A stretch of 64,000 nt of DNA from Candidatus Hydrogenedentota bacterium (GCA_045863295.1 BTWA01000020.1:42122-106121), one strand, 5' to 3'; shown: positions 1-10,426, numbered from the stretch's first letter. Made by a program: numbers and translations. Notes: generated by a model not told the origin, from the sequence alone.

Positions 1-735
1 GAGGCGGCCAAGATAAAGCAGGTAATCGCCAGGCTCGTATTGCGGCTCGTATTGATCCACATGGATGAAGTTCGGCACATACGTGACTTTCTCGCGCGGT
101 ATGCCAAACTCGATTATCTTGTTGGCCGTGAAGCGCGCCGGCGCCACAAACAAATCATAGAGTTCGTTGTAGCGCTTCCAATGGTGCACATACATCTCCA
201 CCGTATTCACCACGCTGCCCAGCAGCGATCCCTTGTTGCAACGATGAATCGCGCATTGGATGTAGTGGTGCCCCTTGCACCGCTCGCACACACCGTCATG
301 GGTGAGCATCTTGTAGTTGGGGCAGACGATCTTGAAATCCTGAACCATCATCACAATAGGAATGCCGCGCTTCTTGATCTCCGGAAGAATGCTCGGTGTG
401 ATCTGGTGATGGTAGTTGTGCAAATGAACAACGTCATACGGCTCGTCATCCAGCAATCGCGCAATCTTGCGCCTCGCCTCGCCGTTATAAACCGTTTTCG
501 CGGCAATCTTCAGCTTTCCCTGGAGGCCGCCCGGGTTCTCGTAGTTCACATGCTCGATGAAATATCCCGACTGCTCGCACGGAATGTTTTCGGGATGCGC
601 CATCGAAAAAAAATGGACCGTATGTCCATGATCGCGCAGCAACTCCGACAACCCGAGGTAATACAACTCCGCGCCGCCATTGAGAAAATGAAACTTGTTG
701 ATTTGCAGAATGCGCAACGGCGCAGCCGGTTCCAA
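1..735 (-). CDS. Glycosyltransferase family 4, 3' end outside the window
   Basis: Manual minus-strand translation gives (TTG)EPAAPLRILQINKFHFLNGGAELYYLGLSELLRDHGHTVHFFSM, a typical GT4 N-terminus, with GGGAG upstream. It is missing from the ORF track because it runs off the edge; + ORF 40..879 is its shadow. Confidence 0.85.
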   Translation of the reverse strand, partial: MEPAAPLRILQINKFHFLNGGAELYYLGLSELLRDHGHTVHFFSMAHPENIPCEQSGYFIEHVNYENPGGLQGKLKIAAKTVYNGEARRKIARLLDDEPYDVVHLHNYHHQITPSILPEIKKRGIPIVMMVQDFKIVCPNYKMLTHDGVCERCKGHHYIQCAIHRCNKGSLLGSVVNTVEMYVHHWKRYNELYDLFVAPARFTANKIIEFGIPREKVTYVPNFIHVDQYEPQYEPGDYLLYLGRL

Positions 736-847
736 AGAAAAATCTCCCGTACCCCGAAAGAATCACACAGCCCGGGCCAAAGTGTAGCAATCCCCCGCGG
801 GAAGCATCAAACCATCCGGACCGCCGCGCCCCACCGGAAAACCCGGC

Positions 848-1786
848 TCAGCCCTTCTTCCGCGGCCGGCCCCGAATGATCGACCCGTAACCTGCCGCCA
901 TTCCGGTGATCCAGGAAGTGTTGCGCTGGCGAATCGCCTGATTCAGACGCTGAAGGCTGAAGCCCAACTCGCTCCACCAGAACCACGCCCAATGATACGG
1001 AGTCTTCGGCAGATGCTTCTTGAACACATAGTAGTGATTGTAGATCTGCATCGCCGCAAGCTCTTTGTGATCGGTGCGCGCGGAAGGCGTCTCCACGTGC
1101 AACATGCCCGCCTTGGGGTTGCAGAGAATGCGTCCCAGTTTGCCGGCACGATACGAAAACTCCAAATCCTCCAGAAATCCATACCCATAAAAATGCTCGT
1201 CAAAAGTAATGCGATCGAAAATTGACCGCCGGTAAGCGCAGCAACCGCACCCCACTTCCAACTCGTGCACGTCCGTATAGCCGCTGTACCACGTGTACGA
1301 ACCAAAACCCGACGGCAGCATGCGGCCTGTGCCATTGATGTGGGGCATCCCGAAAAAACGGAAAAGCGCCATGCGCGCCGGCGAAACCTGCTTGGGCAAT
1401 CGGAGAATCGGACTCACGGCCACCACATCTTCGTTCCCGGACAACCGAAACACGCGTTGTATCTCCGCAATATAGTCAGGATCGAGGATAACGTCGTCGT
1501 CGAGAAAGTGAAGTATGTCGCAGGTCGCGGCGCGAATCCCCACGTTGCGCTGCAGCGTCAGCCCGGGCTCGGACCGGAGGTAATTCACCCGGACCGCAGG
1601 ATTGCCCACGGCATACTGTCTGACAATCGCATCGGTGTTGTCGGAACCCGAATCAACGACCACGACTTCGTCCGGCGACTCGGTCTGCGCGGCCAAACTT
1701 GCAAGGCACTTCTGCGTGTCGTGAACGCGATCCTTCGTGCAAATGACAATACTGCAGCGGATTGGATTGTCTTTATGGAAATTCAT
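848..1786 (-). CDS. Glycosyltransferase family 2
   Basis: SIVICTKDR, VVVDSGS, FLDDD and LEDLEF motifs; start re-picked at MNFHKD (1786). Confidence 0.9.
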   Translation of the reverse strand: MNFHKDNPIRCSIVICTKDRVHDTQKCLASLAAQTESPDEVVVVDSGSDNTDAIVRQYAVGNPAVRVNYLRSEPGLTLQRNVGIRAATCDILHFLDDDVILDPDYIAEIQRVFRLSGNEDVVAVSPILRLPKQVSPARMALFRFFGMPHINGTGRMLPSGFGSYTWYSGYTDVHELEVGCGCCAYRRSIFDRITFDEHFYGYGFLEDLEFSYRAGKLGRILCNPKAGMLHVETPSARTDHKELAAMQIYNHYYVFKKHLPKTPYHWAWFWWSELGFSLQRLNQAIRQRNTSWITGMAAGYGSIIRGRPRKKG

Positions 1787-2010
1787 GACTCGGTTCACGC
1801 AAATTCGTAGTGGTGCTGCCGAACACAAACGCGATTCGACCGCCTGCCAATTGGGCCATGGCCGCACGCGCACCACGCTTGCAAGTTCACCTGGTATGCT
1901 CCATGGAATAGGGTGATGGTCTTCAGCACGGCTCCGCAGCCGTTGAGCAACGATCAGACTCCCGAGTGTACCACGGCGGAACAGATTCAAACCATGGCCG
2001 AATCAAAAGA

Positions 2011-2583
2011 TCACTCCAAGGTGTTTTCCAGAATCAGGCGTACCGCCTCCGCCAAATCCGGCGCCACCGGACAATCCAGATGAGGAAGCGGTACTCCAGC
2101 CCGATAGCGTTCCGCATCCAATCCACTCAAGACAAAGATCGGCTTGCAGCCCGCATTGCCCGCCGTGATCAGATCGGAATAGGAATCGCCCACAAAATAG
2201 GTCTGGACTATTTCGAATCCATACTGATCCCTCGCCTGGTGAATCAGCCCAGGCTTCGGCTTGCGGCACAAACACGCATCCTGTGCAAGGTGAGGACAAC
2301 AGTAAAAGGCCTCGATCCGGCCACCCGATTCCAATGCGACCTTTTCGCGGATATGATCGTGGATTTCTTGCAGGATCTCAGGGGCCAGCATCCCCTTCCC
2401 GACACATTGCTGATTGGTGACGACCAACACGGAGTATCCGGCAGCGTTTAGATCCGCAATTGCCCGAGCGGCCCCAGGAAGGATTTCAACCGCGCTTGTC
2501 TCGAGAACGTACCCGTCCCGCACGGCCCGATTGATGACGCCATCCCGATCCAGGAGAACACATCGATTCACGTTGGTACCCAC
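2011..2583 (-). CDS. gmhB: D-glycero-D-manno-heptose 1,7-bisphosphate phosphatase (HAD IIIA)
   Basis: LDRDGVIN, VTNQ, CPH...CLCRKPKPG and VGDSYSD motifs; gmhA and hddA nearby. Confidence 0.9.
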   Translation of the reverse strand: MGTNVNRCVLLDRDGVINRAVRDGYVLETSAVEILPGAARAIADLNAAGYSVLVVTNQQCVGKGMLAPEILQEIHDHIREKVALESGGRIEAFYCCPHLAQDACLCRKPKPGLIHQARDQYGFEIVQTYFVGDSYSDLITAGNAGCKPIFVLSGLDAERYRAGVPLPHLDCPVAPDLAEAVRLILENTLE

Positions 2584-2683
2584 ACCCTTTCGAACAGTAA
2601 CAAGCCCACGCTTTGACCGGCGGCTCGCTTCCTGTGTAGTCTACCGCTTTCCACAATTTCGGGGACTATTGCGGGAACACCGG

Positions 2684-3772
2684 ATGCCCATGCATTTCTG
2701 TTTGACCATAGTGTCTGCCATCGCATTACTGCAAGTCGAATCGGGCCAAACTCCCGCATCCACCCAAGCCGCGATCGATCCGGCCATCCTCGAAAAGGCA
2801 AAGGCCATCGTCGCCGAATACACGCCGCAAAAAATGGTGTGGGTGGAAGGTTTCAAAAACGGCCTGCGGGTATCCGGCATCACCCTGCCGGAAGAGTCTG
2901 ACGGCGCGCCCCAGGGCGGAATGACCGTGCGGGTGTCGCTGCCGCCATGGTTTGAATCCGATCGGCTGCTCGGCACGGTCACCCTGAACAAACCGCTTAC
3001 AATCCGCCTGCTCTGGTCCATCGATCCCACGCCGCAACCCAGCCCGCGTAACGGGGCCTATGCCGTGCGCCTCGCACAACACGACGGATATGCGCGTCTA
3101 TTGCAACCAAACCCGGTCAATGTGGACACCGCCGGCCTGAACTACGGCGACGTTTTCTGGACCGATCACACGTTGCCTCCAATGAACGTCAGTCCGGCCG
3201 GTCTGTACAACGTGATCGTAAGTAACAACACATCCCCTACTCAAAACATCCCCCTGGGTCAGGTCCTCGTGCCGCCTGTGCCGGAACCGCAACCCGAAGT
3301 CGTGGAAAAACTGAAAACCCTGTATCCCCAAGGTGAAGTCCTCTCATCCGATCACGTGGTGCTGAGCCGATGGTTCGGCATTGCAGTGCCGAATCCAAAA
3401 CCCGGGTTTCAAGCCCGAAGCATCGTCATTATTTCCAGCGCGGATTGGATCGAGGAACTGCCCAATGAAACCGTGATCGCCGAAGTAACGGTGAAAGACT
3501 CGGCCGGAAAATCGTTGAAACGCAATCTGCGGTTGGGCAAGGAAACAGCGTCAACGTGGTACAACTACCACGTGCGCGGAAATCTGCAGCACGAAATGGC
3601 CCCCGTCGCCTGGTCGTGGGAACAAAACGTCGAAACCGTCAACTTCGAAGCCAACGTATACACCGGCCAATTTGAATTGGAAGAAGGCTTCGGGCCGCTG
3701 CAATCCGTGGAAGTAACCTATGCGGCGGAATCAGGACTGCTCCGGATTCGCGGCATGGCCATGTTGCCTTAG
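2684..3772 (+). CDS. Hypothetical exported protein
   Basis: Long ORF with hydrophobic N-terminus (MHFCLTIVSAIALL); no family recognised. Confidence 0.7.
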   Translation: MPMHFCLTIVSAIALLQVESGQTPASTQAAIDPAILEKAKAIVAEYTPQKMVWVEGFKNGLRVSGITLPEESDGAPQGGMTVRVSLPPWFESDRLLGTVTLNKPLTIRLLWSIDPTPQPSPRNGAYAVRLAQHDGYARLLQPNPVNVDTAGLNYGDVFWTDHTLPPMNVSPAGLYNVIVSNNTSPTQNIPLGQVLVPPVPEPQPEVVEKLKTLYPQGEVLSSDHVVLSRWFGIAVPNPKPGFQARSIVIISSADWIEELPNETVIAEVTVKDSAGKSLKRNLRLGKETASTWYNYHVRGNLQHEMAPVAWSWEQNVETVNFEANVYTGQFELEEGFGPLQSVEVTYAAESGLLRIRGMAMLP

Positions 3773-4554
3773 CTCTCGTTCGCCAATCGCCCCAACGCTT
3801 TCGCCGCACCCAGATGAGACCGGCTCTGCTGTAACGCGTTCGCATACCAGTCCCTGGCCGAGTCCGGCCGCCCTTCGAGTTCGGCTATCACGCCCAGCCA
3901 AAACGCGGAGTCGCTCCGGCTGTGCTCGGCCCAGTCCCGTTGGAACAAATCTTTGGCCCTTGTGCGGTCGCGCTCGTACAACAGCGCATACCGGGCCGAC
4001 GCAAATGGATTCGACGCTGTGGCCGCGGCCCGGGCCTGCACCCGCAATTCCTCGGGCAATGCTCGAGGGTCAGCTTCGGCTACCGCGGTACTCGCGTCCG
4101 ACAATACCTCCACGGGGTTGTTCGCAAACGCATCAGGGAGTCGCGACTGACTGACTGCGCCGCCAAACCGCAGCTCCATTTCCGAAGCAAGCGAATCGGC
4201 GGCGGCCGAGTCGGCAACCGCAATGAAATGGCTGAACCGTGGCAGGATGACCCAATCGTCCGAAAACTGCCATGCCAATTCCGGCAATAACGCGGGGCGT
4301 GCCCGCACAACATCAATCAACAGGGTTTCGGCATTGCCGACTTTGCCCCGCTCAATATCCTCCTTGCTGATGCGAATCGTCTCGTCCAGAACGAACCGGT
4401 CCATCCGCTTGCTTAGAATGCGGTGCGCGACACTAATCATAAACGCCGAAATGATAAGTATAAGCACCAGAAGAAGCGCGGTCGCCACCAACGGACGAAT
4501 CGGCTTCGGCGCGGTTGGACGGTATTTCGCGCTCTCGTCCACGGCAACCGGCAT
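3769..4554 (-). CDS. Membrane-anchored TPR-like protein
   Basis: N-terminal TM helix; C-terminal TPR-like AFWLGVIAELEGRPDSARDWYANAL; TGATG overlap with the hddA stop. Confidence 0.7.
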   Translation of the reverse strand: MPVAVDESAKYRPTAPKPIRPLVATALLLVLILIISAFMISVAHRILSKRMDRFVLDETIRISKEDIERGKVGNAETLLIDVVRARPALLPELAWQFSDDWVILPRFSHFIAVADSAAADSLASEMELRFGGAVSQSRLPDAFANNPVEVLSDASTAVAEADPRALPEELRVQARAAATASNPFASARYALLYERDRTRAKDLFQRDWAEHSRSDSAFWLGVIAELEGRPDSARDWYANALQQSRSHLGAAKALGRLANES

Positions 4555-5615
4555 CACGCCAGCTCCACCAGGTGCCAACGCGCCTCCAGATCGGAATCGG
4601 TACGAAAAAAGGGCTCGTCATACACCACGGAAGCTCCGTCGTGATCGAAGGTGAACAACATTTCCTTTGCGCCCGCGGCCCGCATCGCCCTTGAAACCTC
4701 TTCGCGCGCGGCGCCTTCGCAATAGAGCATCAGGAAGCCGCCGCCGCCCGCGCCCGCGATCTTGCCGCCCACCGCCCCATTGGCAAGCGCGAGACTGTAA
4801 AGCTCGTCGATATGAGGGTTGCTGATCCCCGCCGCCACGCGCTTCTTGCTCTCCCATGCCTTGTGCAGCAGTTCGCCAAACTTCCGGAGTTGCCCGGACT
4901 GCAACACCTGAATGCCTTCGCCCACCATGTCTTTGATCTCGGACAATGCGGACACTGTGTCTTTCTTTTTGTCTTCGCAAGCTTCCTTCTGGCGGCTGAG
5001 AATGCTGGAGGATTCGCGGGAACTACCGGTGAAGAACAAAAGAATGTTAGATTCCAGCTCCCGCATCAACACCGGATCAAGATCGATGGGATGCACTGTC
5101 ACCCCGTCCGCGCGAAACTCGATGTGCTTGAGTCCGCCGAACGCCGATCCGTATTCATCCTGTTTCCCGCCGGGATGTCCGAGCATCACGCTGTTGATAT
5201 GGTACGCCGCTTCCGCAAGCGCGTATCGATCGAAATGGCGTTGTTGAAACACGCTCAGCGCCTTGACCATGCACACGCTCACCGCGCCGGAGGATCCCAG
5301 TCCCGTGCCCGGCGGAATCTCGGAAGCAAGAAAAATACTGGCCCCGCGATCCATGCCCACATACTTGATGGCGGAAATGGGTATCTGTAAATCGCCTTCC
5401 ACGGCTTCGGGCCGGAGATCGTCGAGCGTCTGCATCACACGCAGATCGGCCGAAATCAATTGCACGCGTCGCTCAGGCAGTTCGCTGATGAGTGCGTAAA
5501 AGTATTTGTTGATGGAAGCGCTGATGACGGCGCCACCATGCTTGGAGTAATAACTCGGGAGGTCCGTACCGCCGCCGAAAAAACTGATGCGCACCGGTGC
5601 GCGAACAATGAGCAT
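4554..5615 (-). CDS. hddA: GHMP kinase, D-glycero-D-manno-heptose 7-phosphate kinase type
   Basis: RAPVRISFFGGGTD, PPGTGLGSSG, GKQD and GKIAGAGGGGF motifs; start re-picked at 5615. Confidence 0.85.
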   Translation of the reverse strand: MLIVRAPVRISFFGGGTDLPSYYSKHGGAVISASINKYFYALISELPERRVQLISADLRVMQTLDDLRPEAVEGDLQIPISAIKYVGMDRGASIFLASEIPPGTGLGSSGAVSVCMVKALSVFQQRHFDRYALAEAAYHINSVMLGHPGGKQDEYGSAFGGLKHIEFRADGVTVHPIDLDPVLMRELESNILLFFTGSSRESSSILSRQKEACEDKKKDTVSALSEIKDMVGEGIQVLQSGQLRKFGELLHKAWESKKRVAAGISNPHIDELYSLALANGAVGGKIAGAGGGGFLMLYCEGAAREEVSRAMRAAGAKEMLFTFDHDGASVVYDEPFFRTDSDLEARWHLVELA

Positions 5616-5619
5616 TCCG

Positions 5620-7029
5620 CTACCCCCGAACGACCGACGCGCCCGCTCGCACGACGCCCGAAACAAGCACATTGAAATCAAAAGCCAGCGACTGATTGTC
5701 CAGGTAGGCAACATCCCACGCCAATTGATCCGACGACGCCACAAGCTGGCCGTCCGCCGCCGCGTTGAATCCGACCATGCCCGGACGCACGGCCAGGATC
5801 CGGCGTTCCCACGAATTATAGTGCAAGGCCCGCTCCAAGTCGCTTGGCCGGGGACCAACAAGACTCATGTCGCCCTTGAGTACGTTCATGACTTGAGGGA
5901 ATGCATTCCACATCGCCCGCTCGCCTGTGGCGCCCGCCCCGGTGTCCGGGTGAAATAACAACAAATCGAACGGCCGGCCCTTGAGTCCCGCAACGCGCAT
6001 TCGTTGCAGTACCGGCACGTGTTTGCGCGCGGCCCGCAACGAACGCCACCCATACACCACGCCGAATAAGGGAAGCAGGCTCAACGCGCCCACAAGATCC
6101 GCCGTGCGCTTCACGGCCGCGCTCATCACCGGCACTTTCAACGGCCGCAGATGGACCAACGGAATAATGCCCAACCGATCCACTTGCAGCTTCGACGAGT
6201 ACACTTCGAAAAACTCCGGCACGAGCCGGACTTCGATGCCCTGGGCCGTACAATCGGCAATGAGATTCAACAATTCATCACTCTTGCGCGCCGAAGTGGC
6301 GATAATGATCAAATCGGGATTCAGATCCAACAGGCGCCGCGACACTTGCGACGCCGAACCGCTGCGCACGCCGTGTGCCGAGACATTCTCAAGCACAGGA
6401 TTGTCGCCGCCACGATACATGAGCCCCGTCACACGGTAGCCGAGTTGAGGATTGAGGCGTATGGTTTGAAGCAGGCGATTCGCGTTTTGTGTGCTGCCCA
6501 CTAGAACAACCTTTTTCACCCCGATGCCAAAACACAACATGGCCAGCACGACGATGCGCGCACCCAACTTTGTGGCAAAGGCCATTGTGGTGGCTATGAG
6601 CCAGTAGTAGGCGAGAAACGCACGAGAACCGAACACACTCGCCTGACCGTACCCGGCCACGGAAAGCAACAGGGTCGCGACAGACGTCGTAAGTACAATT
6701 CGGATCACGAGATCCAGCGGCAGCCACGTTCGGTGCAATTGGTATATGCCCGCTTGCCGCAACATAAGCACATACGCCACCGACACCAGAGACAAGGCAA
6801 GTTGTGTACCGGGTCGGGAAAGTACGTCGAGAAGCGAGTCAGCGAAGGGCACGGACCCGTACCGCAGCGAATAGGCAATGGCAAACGCCAAGACCGGTGT
6901 AAGCAAATCCGCCGCGACCAGTCCCAACAAGAACAAAGGCCTGCGGAGACGCCGCCAATACAGGATGGATCGGTCCCGTACTTTGACGACGTTCAGGGCA
7001 ACCCCTTGGTAATTCGCCATTTCCGCCAT
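5620..7029 (-). CDS. WcaJ/WbaP-like polyprenyl phosphoglycosyl transferase with a degenerate catalytic domain
   Basis: N-terminal TM helices, Rossmann-like domain, C-terminal NVLKGDMSLVGPRP; the DELPQ position reads NAFPQ; start uncertain. Confidence 0.8.
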   Translation of the reverse strand: MAEMANYQGVALNVVKVRDRSILYWRRLRRPLFLLGLVAADLLTPVLAFAIAYSLRYGSVPFADSLLDVLSRPGTQLALSLVSVAYVLMLRQAGIYQLHRTWLPLDLVIRIVLTTSVATLLLSVAGYGQASVFGSRAFLAYYWLIATTMAFATKLGARIVVLAMLCFGIGVKKVVLVGSTQNANRLLQTIRLNPQLGYRVTGLMYRGGDNPVLENVSAHGVRSGSASQVSRRLLDLNPDLIIIATSARKSDELLNLIADCTAQGIEVRLVPEFFEVYSSKLQVDRLGIIPLVHLRPLKVPVMSAAVKRTADLVGALSLLPLFGVVYGWRSLRAARKHVPVLQRMRVAGLKGRPFDLLLFHPDTGAGATGERAMWNAFPQVMNVLKGDMSLVGPRPSDLERALHYNSWERRILAVRPGMVGFNAAADGQLVASSDQLAWDVAYLDNQSLAFDFNVLVSGVVRAGASVVRG

Positions 7030-7232
7030 GATATCCCCGGCGCTTACACCCGAGTATCGCGCCCGATAGGCATCCCTAACTGCCATTTGGAAAGCGCCTG
7101 CCCTGAAACCCGAGCGGTTCCACGCATTCTCCGCGGACCCAATGCACCGCCGCGAATAAAGCATGGGGAACAGGCACTTGTCTAGAATATACTACCAACT
7201 AATGGGGATTTTTCCAAGCTGGGCTCCATGAC

Positions 7233-8348
7233 TTGAGGTGGGAGGACGACGAATTGGATGCCAGGACGCCGCCAAGGAGCAAGCTCCGTATCCTGCATTT
7301 GGCGGAAAGCCCCTATTTCGGGGGGATTACGTCCCATATTCTGACGGTCGCGAAGGCCTTCGAAGGACACCCGCGCTATGAAATCGTCGTGGGAACGTTG
7401 CCGGGCCGGGGTGGCGCAATGGCCCTCCTCGATCAGGGGGCCGAGCAGGGGATTCCTGTACGCGTGGTCCCGATGAAGGCAACGTTCGACATGAGAGTGT
7501 TTTTTGGATTGCGGCAACTTGTGGCTGACCAAGGCATAAACCTCGTCCATACGCACAACTACCGGTCGACAATGATCGCACAACTGGCGATGCTTGCCGT
7601 ACCCACGGTAAATACCTGCCATGGCAAAGCCATTCAAGCCACGTGGCGGGTGCGGATGTGGCAGTGGATGGAATTGCAGGTAATGCGGGGGCGCGGCCAT
7701 GTAATCGCCTGCTCAAGGGACGTGGAACAGTGGTTGGTTTCAAAGGGGGTTCCGCCCCGTAATACACGTCTGGTGTACAACGCATGCGCGGGGCCTTCCG
7801 AAATTCCGTCGCCGCAGGTCCGATCCGAAGGCGTTACATTCCTGTTTGTCGGCCGTGTGGTACCGGGCAAAGGGGTTGATCAGTTGGTTCGGGCCATTGC
7901 GGAAGTGCCTGGCGCCAGAGGTGTCGTTTTGGGTGACGGTCCTCTGCTGGGCTCGTGCGAAAACCTTGCCCGGGAACTGGGATCCCGTGTGCGGTTTGAG
8001 GGATTTCACAAAGACCCCGGTCCATTCTACGAGGCCGCCGATGTGGTCGTATTACCTTCGGATATGGAAGCGTTTCCCATGGTGCTGTTGGAAGCCGCCG
8101 CGTGGGGCCGTCCCGTCATCGCGACACGCGTGGGCGGCATACCGGAGATTGTGGAAGACGAAGGGAACGGATTGCTGGTCAACCCCGGAGACGCGACGGC
8201 GTTACGGGCCGCAATGGCCCGAATGATGAACGGGGAAGATCGGGTGCGTATGGGGTTGCGGGCGCGGGAAGCGTGGGAACAACGGTTTTCCCCCACCTCA
8301 CTGGTGAGCGCGCTGGAGCGCGTCTACGATGAAGTGCTTGGCATTTAG
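7233..8348 (+). CDS. Glycosyltransferase family 4
   Basis: FVGRVVPGKG and EAFPMVLLEAAAWGRPVIATRVGGIPE motifs. Confidence 0.92.
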   Translation: MRWEDDELDARTPPRSKLRILHLAESPYFGGITSHILTVAKAFEGHPRYEIVVGTLPGRGGAMALLDQGAEQGIPVRVVPMKATFDMRVFFGLRQLVADQGINLVHTHNYRSTMIAQLAMLAVPTVNTCHGKAIQATWRVRMWQWMELQVMRGRGHVIACSRDVEQWLVSKGVPPRNTRLVYNACAGPSEIPSPQVRSEGVTFLFVGRVVPGKGVDQLVRAIAEVPGARGVVLGDGPLLGSCENLARELGSRVRFEGFHKDPGPFYEAADVVVLPSDMEAFPMVLLEAAAWGRPVIATRVGGIPEIVEDEGNGLLVNPGDATALRAAMARMMNGEDRVRMGLRAREAWEQRFSPTSLVSALERVYDEVLGI

Positions 8349-8550
8349 CCCGCATTTTGCACCATGCTTAACGCGTGCGTGGAAGACTGAAGTACAGTCT
8401 CCGTGGTGCAAAATGCTCACACAGAATAGTTTGGGCTTGAGACGCTGAGGATATTTCACGAGCACACAGCACTTGCATCGGAATGGTCAATGGCCCGATG
8501 GAATCGTCGTTACACAGTTAGCTGGACAACGTCGTGAAATATCCGCGTTA
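8346..8550. mobile_element. MITE/REPIN-like dispersed element, copy 1 (205 bp)
   Basis: Ends TAGCCCGCATTTTGCAC and GTGAAATATCCGCGTTA form imperfect terminal inverted repeats; homologous to 22234-22422, 25099-25196 and 63913-64000. Confidence 0.75.
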
Positions 8551-9435
8551 GCGCGGCTTCGGGGCGGCGGAATCGTTGCCTGTAACAATATTCCAGTACG
8601 CCTTTGCGCGCGCCGCGAAAAAACGGCCTTCCATGGCAATGGCCAACGGGTACAGGTCCAGCGGAAAATAGCGCGGCGCCCACAAGGGACTTGCCGCGCA
8701 TTTGGCCGCCGTATACGCCACAAGCGGAAAAAGCGGCCGCCCATGCATCCGACGAATATACAGGCCCTTAACGGCGGGATTGCGCACGCGGCGGCACGCC
8801 CCGTCCCAGTCAGTCTGGTAGCGGTGCCGGACGGCAACGCCCGGATCGTAGTAGATGGTCTTGCCTCGTTGGGCGAGGCGTAGACAAAACTCCCAGTCCT
8901 CGCTGTTGTGGCTAATATCAGGATCGAAACCGCCAAGTTCTTCGAACAAGGCGCGGGAAATGAGAAAATTCATCATGGGCACGGCGGACACGAAATGCGG
9001 CCGTGCTCCAAACCCAATCTGCGCGCGGTAGTGCAGATAGCGTTCAAGTTTTGAGTCCAGGGAGTAGGCATCAAACCCGCCGCACAGCGTGTCCGCGCGC
9101 GATCGATGACGCAGCGCAAGCATGCCCTCAATCCAGTTCGACGGCACGACGACATCGTCGTCGGTCATGAGCAGAAAATCGCCCTTGGCTTCACGGGCTG
9201 CGGTATTTCGGGCAATGCCCGGTCCGCCGCCGGCGGACCGCACCGCACGCAACCGGCCGCCGCTCGACCGCGCGTATTCGGCAAGGATATCGGAAGTGCC
9301 GTCCGTGGAAGCGTCGTCCGAATAGATCGCCTCAAAGTCCGCGCCCGGCTGGTTCAACACCGATTCGATGTTTTCACGGAGGATCTCGCCGCGGTTGTGC
9401 GTGGCGACAATAACACTGACTCGAACAGCGGACAT
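8548..9435 (-). CDS. Glycosyltransferase family 2
   Basis: VSVIVATHNR, DDASTDGT, MTDDD and EDWEF motifs; start re-picked at MSAVRV. Confidence 0.9.
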   Translation of the reverse strand: MSAVRVSVIVATHNRGEILRENIESVLNQPGADFEAIYSDDASTDGTSDILAEYARSSGGRLRAVRSAGGGPGIARNTAAREAKGDFLLMTDDDVVVPSNWIEGMLALRHRSRADTLCGGFDAYSLDSKLERYLHYRAQIGFGARPHFVSAVPMMNFLISRALFEELGGFDPDISHNSEDWEFCLRLAQRGKTIYYDPGVAVRHRYQTDWDGACRRVRNPAVKGLYIRRMHGRPLFPLVAYTAAKCAASPLWAPRYFPLDLYPLAIAMEGRFFAARAKAYWNIVTGNDSAAPKPR

Positions 9436-9499
9436 GCAGGCACTCCCGGCGAATGATCGCCCTATTGTGATAGACTGATCGCGACGCTTCAACTCCGGC

Positions 9500-10426
9500 A
9501 TGAACCAACTGAAAGTACCGATGACCTTCGAGCCCACACGATCTTCCGGCGCGCCGCTCGTGTCCGTGATCATGCCCACGTACCACAAGGATTCGCTCGT
9601 CTTGTTGCGCGCGGCAGTGGAAAGCATCCTGATTCAAACCTTTGCGGACTTCGAGTTTCTCATCGTTATTGACGGAGTGGTGCCGGACGAAACCCGCAAG
9701 TTTCTGCAGGAAACCTACGCGCGTGATGCGAGGGTGCGCCTAATCGCGCTACAGGAGAACCGGGGTTCGTCGCATGCGCGAAATACCGCAATCCGGGAAG
9801 CGCGCGGCGAATTCATCGCAATCATGGACGCCGACGACGTGTCCCAACCGCAGCGCTTCGAGCGGCAGTTGGCCTTCTTGAACGATACCGGCGCCGATGC
9901 CTGCGGCAGCTTTTACGACGTCATCGATTCCCACGATCGCGTGGTGGGCAAACGCGAAGTGCCCACGAGCGAAGCGGCCATCCGCCGTGCGCTTTACTGG
10001 TTCAATCCGATTCCCAATCCCACCATCATGGCGCGCGCGAATCTGATGAAGGCGCATCCCTATCCCGAACGGTATCCCGACGGCTCCGTGTTCTGGTACG
10101 GCGAGGATTATGCCCTGTGGGTCGGAATCATTCTCGAAGGACACCGTGTATTGAACCAGCCGGAATCCCTGCTGCGGTACCGCGTAAACGATTGGTTCTG
10201 GCGGCGCCGAACGGGAACAGACGCGTTCTACACCGACTTCAGCGTGAAATGGAGCACGATGAAACTGTACCCGCTCTACTGGCGGCCATGGGTGGCGCTG
10301 ATCAGTTTCGTTACCGCATCGACCCGCCTTTGGCCAACGTGGACGCTGGCATTGATCTACCGCCTGCGGTCACGGCTTCGGTTTTCGCCCGATGTACGCG
10401 TTCACGATCGGACAGGGTTGAAATAG
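9500..10426 (+). CDS. Glycosyltransferase family 2
   Basis: VSVIMPTY, IAIMDADD and GEDYALW motifs. Confidence 0.9.
   Translation: MNQLKVPMTFEPTRSSGAPLVSVIMPTYHKDSLVLLRAAVESILIQTFADFEFLIVIDGVVPDETRKFLQETYARDARVRLIALQENRGSSHARNTAIREARGEFIAIMDADDVSQPQRFERQLAFLNDTGADACGSFYDVIDSHDRVVGKREVPTSEAAIRRALYWFNPIPNPTIMARANLMKAHPYPERYPDGSVFWYGEDYALWVGIILEGHRVLNQPESLLRYRVNDWFWRRRTGTDAFYTDFSVKWSTMKLYPLYWRPWVALISFVTASTRLWPTWTLALIYRLRSRLRFSPDVRVHDRTGLK

Noticed and set aside
40..879. 279-aa + strand ORF, and many similar long antisense ORFs (for example 29361..30971, 33917..35233, 26837..28042)
   Set aside because: Shadows of motif-supported genes on the opposite strand, as expected in GC-rich DNA
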